Source: Atractiella rhizophila (taxonomy: Eukaryota). From it: a stretch of DNA of 63,189 nucleotides. The notes below the pieces were generated by a model that saw only the letters and a list, made by a program, of their open reading frames with translations, did no database searches and had not been told where the DNA came from. The stretch is from NCBI GenBank assembly GCA_021432655.1, contig MU271449.1, forward strand, positions 1-63,189. The letters run 5' to 3'. Every line of letters starts with the position of its first letter. Within the stretch, counting starts at the first letter, position 1. Shown piece after piece: positions 48,360 through 59,561 of this stretch. A program made the translations under genes and the position numbers.

Positions 48360-51300
48360 CTCTATGAAAATGGACTCAGTCCTTTGTCAGTCCTTTGTCA
48401 GTACTAGTCAGTAAGTATTCAGCCACTGAGTTTTGACGGATTCTGACTGACTTTAGATCAGTCGGTGCCAAATGAAATGACAATCAACTCAGTCTACCAC
48501 GGTCAAAATTCAGTCCGGCGTTTTCACTACCGTCAAAATTCAGTCTACAGTCTATAGACCTCGCACCGCTTTTTATAGCTTCCCGATTTATTCAGCTTGT
48601 TTTCAGTTCATATACAGTCTCAAGGTCACAATTATTTACTTTCTTGATATGAAAATGCATTGCAATATATATATTCAATATCTAGTAACAACACTCAAAC
48701 TCACCTTTTGGCCATACCGCTTCTAGAAGTTATCTCGAAAGCAGACGAATCTGCTATGCACAAACCAATACCGCAGTTTACCTTTTGAAATAAGATCTCG
48801 GGCTCTCCGCTCTCATCATATCAGAAAGAGAGTACTAACCATGCTTCCCACCACTTTCAATACTTTTTGTCTGCCTCAAACCGTGCAAGGATCAGAAGTT
48901 AGCGGTAATAGCTGCAAGTAAACATACCACTGTCGAAGCCACTAGCCAAGCCAAATAGTCTGAACTGCAAACTAAATAATCTGTCACCCTCATTAACCTT
49001 TGTTAATACGAAGAGCACGTTAGCGAGTGGCAAGACCGACTGGAAAACTTCGATCCGCTTCTAAGCTCAGAATGCATATAAGGTCTAGCTCATGTGATCA
49101 GACATTGTGAAAAACAATAAGAAAACTTACAGTCTTATCTAATGATGGAAGTCAGCATGGCTACATGGTAACACGAAGCTGTGTCAGAACTCCTTCATCT
49201 GATAGGAAACAAGAATCAAGTAAAAACAAATGGAAGCCATGTGTAAAAAAGCAATGCACAAAGAAAGCACAAAAGAGCGGAAATCAGAAGCAAGCAGCAA
49301 CCTATTGATATGAATGTGCTTCGTCTATCATTTGTACGCTTGGCGCCTGAAAACCTACTACACGTTATATGTGAAGTGTGACTGTATCACCTATGAGCAC
49401 CTTGTTGACTACACGCCAAAAGTGAGAACAGCAATATTCCAAGTGGGGGATGTGAAATCAAAAGGCTAATTCATCTCCAACCAAAAGCCTTGTGACGGAG
49501 AAGGCAAACGTGCGTGTTAGAAGTGGAATAACGAAGTCAGTGGCTTCCACATGGATTCTGATGCTCTCTAATGCCACGGCCCGACTTATGCACCGAACCT
49601 GAAAAATCAGGTGAACCACCATCCGAATTGCGCTTGAATGTTCTGCATGTTGCCCGCAGGTGCATCAGCATCTGGTTTCAATGACACAATGTGTCTCTCC
49701 CGGATTCCGACTCTTTTCCTCCTCCCATCAGGTCCCTCTGCTTCCTCCGACTTGCTTTCAGTCACAAATTTGAACCAGTATCCAACGTCCATTTTGATGC
49801 GGCCGACGTTCCAAATATTTGTGAGAAAACTATGGAGCGCATGCAGCTGCAGCGAAAGATCTTCTGGAGGAGTGGGGAACAAACTCACGAGCTGCAGCCT
49901 TCAAGTTTGGAAGTGCTGATAGCGGTATGTATTGAATGTTCTTTTTAAATACACGAGTTAATGATGACACAGTGAACCCAAAGCCGGAGCTTCTCCTGCC
50001 TCAGGATGTCTTGCACCATGTCATCGCTCCACAAAGCTCCCTAACCTCTTCAACGGTCAGCAGGCACCCCTGGAGACTGATGTACCAGGACATAAATTTT
50101 GTATTATATGAGGTCAGTCATTTGTCTTCTCTCTATGGATTGGACGCTGATAACATCTTCACAAGACAAGACTCCAAGGAAGCATTGCACAAACCCTTCG
50201 AGTTGACAGCATTTGGGAAGTCAAATGCTCCGGTGAGGTTTCATCTGATGAATTTGCATTGGCTCACACTGCCCTATGAATACAGTCTCGTCTCAAGCTC
50301 CCCTTGTGGCATTGTCGGCCAATGCTTTGGCAAGACATTTCGTGCCTCCACTAGATGGTCTCGTTATCCTCAACAAGGCCTGTCCTTTCTTCCTTGATTT
50401 TGCCTTCTTCGGTTTGATGTTTGTTGACAGTGAGGCTATGAATCACCGAAAGTCGTTGGTGAAATGTCAATTGAAGAGTAAAAAGGATTCCTGGACTAAG
50501 GGTAGCGAAGGCTCTGGTGAAAGGAAGGACGGTAGTCCACCACCGTCTAATCTGGTTAAATTAAAGTCAAAATCGCAATACAGGTTATCACATATCTTAA
50601 TATTACACATTTGAGGTTGCGAGTGCACTGAGAACTGCCGTCATAGTTGTTTCAACAATCATAAGAAGTGTACCCTATTTCCCTATGAGCTATTGCCAAC
50701 TACCAATGAACACACGTACCCGATTCTTGACATTAGCGCAGACCTTCCCACCAAGCTGCGTGACTAAAGCGCGAAGGCCTTCATCTGGAAAGTTGTCTGC
50801 TTCAAATCAAGGTTGGAAACAAGGTAACTTCAGCAGAGCAGTCGATGGACGAGCAAGACTTTCCCTCACGTTCTTTTGGACAGTCTTCGACTCTTGATGC
50901 TCTCTGATACCTTCAAGGACAATAGCTTTCCGGTCGAGTTTGGGAATAGATGGGAGAAACTTTTGGAGGAGAGCACTGTTCCGAATGACATGGGTATTCA
51001 GGAGGAAAAGGTGTTTGTTTGTTGGTTCGGTTCTATGTCGAATCGTCCGCCTCGTTTGCTCTGTCGTCTTCCGTTCCTGACGGACCGCATCAAATCCATC
51101 GTCTGTGCACCCTGCAATCTGGCAGGCATGTTGAACGTTGACGACAGCTCTTATTGTGTCCTGTCACCAAGTTCAGTCCGAAATCTTTGGAAACAGCATG
51201 TACTCACAGTTGAATCGAGCTTTGATAAGTCTGCAGCGGGCAATAAGAGGGGAAGCTGGAAGTGTTTATACCAATAACCTATGAAGTTGAGTTGGCGACC

Positions 51301-52100
51301 ATATACTTGGAGTTCTGGGGAATTGACTGCAGTGGAATCGGCAGCTTGGAGAAGAAGCATTTGTTCGATTTGAAAGATGTAAGGATGCTGGGACGTGGGG
51401 CTATGACAACTCATCATGGAACAGTTCAGAGGGACTGCACCTGTTCCCGCTGCTCCACCAGTACAAATGTATCCTTTCGTGCCTCCTCTTCAGAATCTGT
51501 AATGATGGAACGCACTTGGACATGCGTGATGTCACGGAAGTTGTGGCCATCAGAGGATAGAGGAAGAGAAGGCTGGAGATTGTGGAGGATGGTGTCGGCC
51601 GCAGATGTATGTAACCGCAATCGAGTTTCGAGCTGCCAACTCCCTGTCCAGCCACATCAACTGCCTGGTGGTCGCCAAAAAGTACAAGTTACAAATATTT
51701 TTAGTGGAGGATTGTTGACGATGGTAAATGAGGACCGGAACTTGTGGGATACATAAGTTATGAGGTTGTTTTCATCTGTAAATTCAAAGTCTAATAATAA
51801 CAATCCAGGAATTTCTTGTTGGAAACTCACTGCTTAAGATGGGTCCACCACTTCAAGATTTTGCTCAACGTGCAGGCTACTTGGAGTCAATTTTGAAGGT
51901 AGCGGGCAGGCATGTGTGACCTCTGCTGTCAACATAGGAAAAATGTCCTTCTCTATATGGCCGAACTCTGGATTGGCCAGGATTTAGCTCGTCTCAAAAA
52001 TGCGTGTCTTTGAAACAATTCCTCATATAAATCCGGCACAAGCAGATTTCGTTGTATCATTTCGAGAGGCAATCTGGAAGAAGAAGGAGACTTGCAAGGT
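48360..52100 (-). mobile_element. Larger member of the CTCTATGAAAA TIR family with decayed intron-containing ORFs; far boundary undefined
   Basis: 48360-48520 is homologous to the reverse complement of 13370-13500. An open minus-strand exon at 50807-51160 reads IRAVVNVQHACQIAGC...VRQERKTT...HLFLLNTH, which I recall as the C-terminus of a basidiomycete transposase-like family. Other frames contain many stops. Confidence 0.65.
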
Positions 52101-54249
52101 GGGGTTGCTGAGTATTATTCAGTTGAAGAAAGTTTGGAGCAGCTTATAAAAGCTGAAGACAAGTTCAAGAAGACTCCTGATCTTTAGAAGAAGTGCTGCA
52201 CCACACTCAAGCCTCAAAAGGGTCACATTGCGAAGGGATGCCTTATTCCAAAGCATCAACAACTCCCGTTTATGACATCAAATAATGAAAACTGGCATAA
52301 TGCAGCTGGCGAGCCATTTCGTGGATCAACTTCTTCTCTTACAAGTGTTCTCAGTGTCCTTCCCGATATCTTCTTACGCAAAACCTCCTTGTCAAAATTA
52401 AGAACTGCTCTCAGCTAGCTGGCTCACCATCGCGAGCATTTTGGACGAAGGTTATTGAGGCTAGTACCCACCACATCTTTCTTGTGGATCGGAATTGTTG
52501 CCTGGAAGAAATCTTATACTCTTCAAGCCAGCCTAAACAGCTGGACGCCTTTTCGAAGCATGAGTTTAGATTGCTTAAGCATGAAAGCAGTATGTTTACT
52601 GTACTTGCTACTGGGAGTAGTACATTTATTGATATTCCATGAGTTTGGATTTATGGGACTTGACCTAGATCGCTATAAAGCAAAGCGAAAGGAGCTCCTC
52701 CAAACTCTAAAACCAGATGATATCGAATGCCCCAAAGTAATTGTTACGGCTGTCATGAATGGAATGGTTGTTATGAATGGTGAGCTTTTTGTGGACTCTG
52801 ATGTTGAAATGGAGGTGTTTCCGAAAGCTGTAGGTCTTCTCTTACCCAGTCTTCTCAACATAAGAATATATTCGTATTGCACTGTTATAGAAACCCGAAA
52901 ACACTCATTTACAACGTTCTGCAATCAGTTCATCTCACTTGCCAGAGAAGCGCATGGCAACCCAATTGGATAGTAAGGATAATGCCACTGCAATGCTCGC
53001 CATCTCCTCCAAAAAGCCCTCATCTAAATCCAGAACTTTTGGAGCCAGATATCAAGCTGCCTTTGATACCTTCTATTGGGAACTTCACAAAATCGAACCA
53101 GTTCACATCTTCTACAAATATTGATGTGGAAGTTGCCAATTCCTCTGCCCATAAATGTCTCCTAATCTCGAACGTCACAGACCTTTACTTCAGCAAGGGG
53201 CACATCGTTTGTAGATTATCAGGAGAAGAGTACAATTCAAATGTACTCTGATGCCTTCTGGAAACTTGCTACCTGCTAACTCCAGCTCAAAGCTATTTCT
53301 TCAACAACAGAGAAGCAGCTGAAGTTGTTTGCTGAGAACTATAATAACCCCCAGCTTATCTTGAACCCTGCGTATTACGGACGACAAAATCATTCATGAT
53401 GGTTTGGTGCTCAAAAATGGTTTATTGGCAATCGAGAAGGAGGTAGTCACATTCAGAGAGTAGCCAGAGGAGACTGTGAGTTTGAACACTTTTATTGACA
53501 AGAAAAGGAATTTACTAACAACTAACAATGTGTTGAACAGCGATCAAACCATTCTGGAAACTACAAACGACACTCCCTCCACCAGTGAAAGTGACATACA
53601 CGATGCAAACAAAGAAGGGCACCCTTGGAGCTGTAAAGACTTGTTGGTCGATGCAAGAAGCAAAAGGATGGGTATGGTGAGAAGAATACAAATAATCACA
53701 TGCGCGATATCTGTGACGACAACTTTCTGCATTGGTCCAGAAGACCAACTTACGCCATGTCCCACTCTGCAAGAATATGTTGGGGAAGTGGAGCATAGAC
53801 AAGTGTGGTAAAGAAGTTTTTCACAGATATCAAGGATAGGAAAGTACCTCAATCAGTGGAGATGATCAACATGCGAGTTTTTATGGCAATGATATGGGTA
53901 GAGGAAAAGATGGACTGGGTTTTGACAAAAGAAAGGTTGCATATTGAAGCAGGGAAGAGAAAGTAGTGGTTCACTTAGTAAGTAGTCAGATGCAAATGGG
54001 TATCTTTTGTGATTTTCAGTCTGGGACATAGAATGCACCAACGTCCACTTTGGAAATTTTTTATAGAGAGGCATCAACTATTATAAAATAAAGGCAAATT
54101 TTGAGCTTTTATTTGATCAATTACAACTGTAGTTGCAAGAGAACTGAATGTACTGTTGCGCAATCGGACGATGTAAATAATGTGAGTTGATGCTCTGCTT
54201 TGTTAACATCCCCTCAATGCTAATAATCCTTATACCTCGTGATAGCTAG

Positions 54250-54990
54250 CTCTCAGGCCTTGCATTGGACATAATCAGGCCTGAGATACAATGGATAATG
54301 ATGAAGCAATGGGTCTAGATGGACCCAATCCATATTCGCAACTTTCTCAAGACGACATCCAAGAGAAGGCGAAGCGATCGATGGTTGCTAGCCAGCGCTA
54401 TTTGGTCCTTGGGGAGTACACAGAGCAACCACGAACACCAACTATTCAGCAAGCTTTGTTCTTATTTCGCCTTAGCATATACTAAACTCTAAATTAGGAC
54501 CATCATCCTCTTCTGCCAAAACTTACAAATTACTGGTCTCGTCACCTATGCGGATACTTTTGCTCTGTCATTATTGGCAGTTGCGCACGTCTTGCGATTA
54601 CATAGACTGGGAGAAGATGAGGATGTCTGTTTTTCTCTCCCCCACCCAATATTGACATACCTCCTGGAAAATGCCGCCTGATGATCCTGCTTTTCCACCA
54701 GGAAAGAACTCAATAACCGCCAAATGTCGCTTCGCATATTTGGGACCGTTTGCTTTGTCCGTTGGACCTTGTCCTTTATTCCAATCATTATTAACAATTA
54801 AACAGCAAGACTGGATGTCAGCGACAACTGTCGATTGAGCCTATTTCATAAACCCATCTCTCGCCAATGAAGGTAAATGATGATTCTCTGTCCCTTAACT
54901 CCTCCTCCGTGACACGCCAGCCCGCTCAAGTGCTCACTGATGCGATATATAAACGGATGAAGCTGGCGGTGGCGAGGATGACGTCGTGGC
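54250..54990 (+). pseudogene. Decayed fragment of a fungal transcription-factor middle domain (Fungal_trans-like)
   Basis: ASQRYLVLGEYTEQPRTPTIQ.AL, AVAHVLRLHRLG, PMKVNDDSL...PAQVLTDAIY..MKLA. Stops and frameshifts between the blocks. Confidence 0.55.
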
Positions 54991-55979
54991 TGTTTCCCCT
55001 ACTCCTTCCTCTCACCCCTCCCCTCGACGCATCCCCAGCCTCAATGCAATTTTCTTACCTGCAACCTCATTACTCTTATGCCCACAATGGATTCTTCGAA
55101 TTCCTGAATGAAGACATAGACAATATGCAGGAAACTGGAGGATTGGTTCAAGTGTTCAAGTATGCTCTCCAGTTGACACCATTCATCCCATTGAAATGGG
55201 AAGGACACACAGTAACAACTCCCGTGCCACCCTCTCACTTTCTCACTATCTTCCTCGACAGCAATTCACGGTAGCTGAGCCTCAGGTTCAACTTCTGTCC
55301 ACAGTCTCTTCAAACCCATCCCAATCCACGATGCAGCATTTTCCGTCACACCACAATCTGCCTCATGCTACACCTCTATCAGGGCCAAAGATGGAAAACC
55401 CCTATGGACAGACACCTGTAGTATACCATCCTCCTCTACAGTACAAACAGGTACCCTCCCCTCACTACATGTCAAAATATTGATAGCTTCTATGACTTTA
55501 GTACATGTTAATTCCTCGTGCCCATTTGATGCTTCTGATTGGCATGACGGTTGGTGTGATAAGCTGCCGTTGCAACCAGTTTGACTTATATGAATGATCT
55601 ATGATAATGCATCATCAATTTGTCACTTATACCCTTCGTGAACTCAAGCGCAATGTCAGTGTTTGCCCCTCACTAGTGCATAGTGAGGTATGTACGGAAG
55701 TATATCATATGAAATGAAGTGAAGTGACAATTGTTGTTGTGATCATATCACAGAGCATTTAGATTATAGTCGATGGCAGGAGTTGATCCAAGTGAGAAGG
55801 AAATGGAATATGCCCAACCAACCTTTGACACTGAGTGTCGGAAACAGACTTTGTGAAAAACTGATGTTGAAAAGAAGTCAAGAAAATCCCCTCAGCCCCC
55901 ATTAAAGATGTGTGACAATAACTGTTGCACAAGAAGGCGATAACTACCTTATGATGGCTATTGATGGTACTTTAGTGTT

Positions 55980-56100
55980 GAACCCTGCCCCTGACAGGAA
56001 CTAGATCCTGGCCAAAATGCTGCCTGCTTGCCAAGCAGGGTACAACCCTGCCTCTGACAGGAACAGGATTGAGGCCAAAATCCTCCCTCTTAGCCAAGCC
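55980..56100. repeat. Imperfect ~63-bp tandem repeat upstream of the LTR
   Basis: AACCCTGCC.CTGACAGGAAC..GAT...GGCCAAAAT...GCCAAGC twice (55981 and 56044). Confidence 0.8.
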
Positions 56101-56200
56101 TGGGAGGCAGGGTCCTGATCCTCTCTCAACCCTACTGGCCAAATACTTCTGCTGCTGCGCTGAATTCTTTGCAAAGACATGCATCACAGAAGGGGACTAC

Positions 56201-56422
56201 TGTTAGGGCTGACACTCTACAAGGCTATCAGGTAAGGGCTGCCGCGTGAGAGTATAAATCCTAAGTATTATTACAATGATACAGGTAAGATACTAATCTG
56301 CCAATATCCTAAGGGAACCAATCTGGATATCTCACTACTGGCTGCTATATCTTCCAGAACCTTCTAGACCATTTGCCACATATTCCAGAATGTGAGTCAT
56401 GCTCCATAAGCGAACCCTGACA
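56201..56422 (+). mobile_element. 3' LTR of an LTR retrotransposon (222 bp) with polypurine tract
   Basis: TGTTAGGG...CCCTGACA inverted ends, preceded by AGAAGGGG. No matching flanking duplication. Confidence 0.6.
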
Positions 56423-57309
56423 GTATGTTCCAAATTACCACAACATTGGTTCAGCTGCTATGAGAGTATCCTTTCAGATCACTGCATACTGGTAGCTATT
56501 TGTTATTATTTCTAATGCCCAGCTGCAGTCACTGGCATTGTTGCACCAGACCTCAATACCTCCCCCTGGTAGCTTGTCAATAGATGCAGCAGAGACCCTG
56601 CTGATATATTTATCACCAGGGGCAGAGGTTTTGATGGTTCCTCCCCATATACCATTCTTGCAGACAAGGCATCAGTGAGAAGAGGGAAATCCTTCTCACT
56701 CAGTACCCAAGCAGGATGAGTGTTGTTCTCCTGAACTGGGATTCCCTCTGCAAGTCTACCTTCAATTCCTTCTATCCTTTCTAGGACAGTTTCGATAAAC
56801 TGGGTTGCTAGAGTTTGCTTTTGGGCAATACGGCACATTTCACTAAGAGGATCCTTTTCCTTTTTAAGCAAAGAGACATATACTTTAAGAAATGTATCTC
56901 AATCATGGATTGATCCGTTTTAAATTCTCACTTTGTTGTCAGGATCACCCCCAGATCGCCTATTTTAGGCTATTTGGAGTTGTGGGCTCAATTATGTTTG
57001 TGTTGCTTTATTTGTGTTTCTGTTTCCCCACCTCTTTTGCTCTACATATCATATGACCTTTGCGCCTTATCTCAGATAGAGTTAGAGTTATTGTTTGTAG
57101 CTGTGCAGCATTTCATCCATAAAATTTTTGGTAAGATAGGTTCATCCTTTCAAAGTTTACAACTTTCAATCAAAGACATTCAAACAATGTTTCGATGAAC
57201 GCACAAAAAATTGCCCATTTCGAAGCATGGCTGTCAAGACTCGAGCAACAACAAAACTCTTCGTCAACGTCACCTTTGATGCCGTTACCTGCTCACAGGT
57301 TTGCACGAT

Positions 57310-57522
57310 GGGGTGGAGAGACAAGAATAATTGGAGAAGATATGATTCTGCCCAAGAGCCAGCAGAGCTTCGACACATATAAGAAAGTCCAAATGTAACT
57401 TTGGAAAGTTCGGTTGGGAACAATCTTGGAGCAGAGATGACAACAAGTCTGACTTGGTAGACAAACGCTTCTGCTTTTGCAACTTCTCCACTGAACAGTG
57501 CTGGTTCTGCAAGATTCAGCAA
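57310..57522 (-). mobile_element. Ty3/Gypsy-type gag (capsid) fragment
   Basis: EPALFSGEVAKAEAFVYQVRL......FPTELSKVTFGLSYM..SAGSWA matches the retrotransposon gag P..F.G...F..Q...F.TE..KV.F.LSY...A..WA pattern. Confidence 0.75.
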
Positions 57523-57559
57523 AAAGTTGGAGAAAAATATTGGCGAATCATGTACATTT

Positions 57560-59561
57560 TGGGTGGAGGGTAGGAACCTATACTCCTCCAGTGTCTTGCC
57601 TAGACCATGTAGCAGGTCCTCTAGCTCAATAAGGCATAAGTCTCGGATCTGGTCTTCAGAAGGTGCAGCGATTCCATAAACTGTTTGCAGAAGATGTGTA
57701 CAATCGTCATTGAGCTTGTCATAGTGTCTTCAAAACAGTTGTAATGGTTCGCTTGCAACTCCAAAGACCAAAATGTAGACGAAAAGAGAACGAATTGCTG
57801 ATCCTCGTTTGATTGCCTTTGCATCTTCCAGACACAAATCCCATTCTTCGTCACTTTCCAGTAGACCTGATGCCACACAGGCTGCTTTGAATGTTTCGTA
57901 AACTTGACCGTCAATTGTATGAATGTCCTCAAAAGATTTAGGACTTGGGATCTTGTGAAGAAGTAGTCGAAGATAAAAGAGCTCCCTTTGTGACGGCGCA
58001 ATGTAAAATATCCGACCAATAGCATCGCCTTTCTCACGTATCTTCCAGCACTTTGAATTACTCTGCCAGACCAAATGTCGAGGGGCTTGAGGATAGGTCC
58101 ACGATCGGGAGACCTGGGGAGAATCACGGCAGAATTGGAAGAATTCGCTAAGCATTGTTTTTCCGACATTTCTTCGTGAAAGTATATCTTCAGGTTAACC
58201 ATCATCTACATTAAAAATAACCATCTGTTGATTTGGAAGATGAATGCTCAGTCGAATCACAGTTGGAGAGTCATCATGAAGCTTGAAGTGGAAAATCCGC
58301 CAGCATGCTATAATCATACTTAATCCTTAACCTTTGAGGAATGGACTGAACAAACCTTCTGAAGCACCCACATATCGTGCATCTAAATACTCTTTAATCT
58401 CATCCACTGGCTCTCTTGCTCCACTGAAATCTGATTCTATGACTAATTGTGCTCTATCTGGCCCTTTGTATACGTATTTGAATCTATACTTGAGTGAACG
58501 AATGGAGATACAGATCTCAGTGTTGATATGAGCCAGAAACTTCCTCAGGACCCAAGCATTAAAAGGCACTACCCATCGATTATCATACATAAACTCTTGG
58601 CCCCGTATCATCTTGTCTCATGTTGAGGTGAGTAAGTGGAGTAGGATTAAAACGTGCAGGTGTCGCCTCTCTCTTACAGGTCGACTGTGGTGTAGTGATG
58701 CCTCCTGCTGCAGAGATTGATGCCGTTTGGATCGGCGCTCTCAATTTCTTGTTTGATTTCTCTGAATTGCATGTGGCATGAGAGTGTAGCTTGCTGCACA
58801 TGACAAAATGATATGAGTGAAGAATATATAAGCCAGAGTCCACACACCTATGCTTTTTTTGCTTGATTTGATTTGATGCTAACAGGCTCAGGGATACTAT
58901 GGTAGACTGTTAGGAAGCATATTTGTGGTGAAAGAAACTGTTTCACTTGCATGAATGCTTGCTCACTTTCCCTCATAATTGGCAAACAATAGATTTTGGC
59001 GCACGACCTGAGAAACCACAGAAAGCCCTGAAGAAATCGCGTGCACGCAGTTTGCACACAACAGGATTTGGCAGTGAAAAAATGTGACATGACTGAGACT
59101 CAAACCCATACCAGCACCAATCAGTCAAGACTCAACTACTAACCATACACCAACTACACCATCACGCGAACTCTTTGCTTTGTGGCCTTATTTGAGTAGG
59201 TAAGGAAATTTTTGTCAAAGTGCCGAAGTCAGTCACTTGACTCAGTCATGGAAGACAACTATTTTTTATCCTTTAAATAAGCTTTATTGTATACGGTTGG
59301 AAAGGCGCTGACATGCGTATTCTGGTGGTATGCTCAGAATTTTCATGGGGTTGTTGTGGACCAAGAAGTCAATTGAGTCAGTAAGGAAAACAATTTTTTT
59401 TTCGTCTTTCAAATAGGCTTTGTTGTATACGGTTCGAAAGGCGCCGACACGCGTATTCTGATGGTATGCTCAGATTACTGGCACGGTTGTTGTGGGTGGT
59501 GAGAGAAGTGCTCAAAAGTACATGCATGAGTCATGCTAAAACCCGTCATGCTTTATATATA
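57560..59561 (-). mobile_element. Helitron B: 5' end, large internal deletion, Rep fragment, 3'-truncated
   Basis: 58600-59560 is homologous to 33110-34320. It jumps to YDNRWVVPFN...AHINTEIC.SIRSLKY.FKYVYKGPD, DEIKEYLDARYVGASE, IGRIFY...ELFYLRLLL, YETFKAAC...GLLESDEEW. Confidence 0.92.

Noticed and set aside
53660..53800. NNHMRD as a TET/JBP HxD motif of a KDZ-associated dioxygenase
   Set aside because: Spacing is H-x-x-D, no other TET motifs are visible, and the frame is interrupted.
54055..54075. TTTTTTATAGAG as the distal TIR of the element starting at 48360
   Set aside because: Two mismatches, no subterminal repeats, and no CCTCAAT or TF continuation after it.
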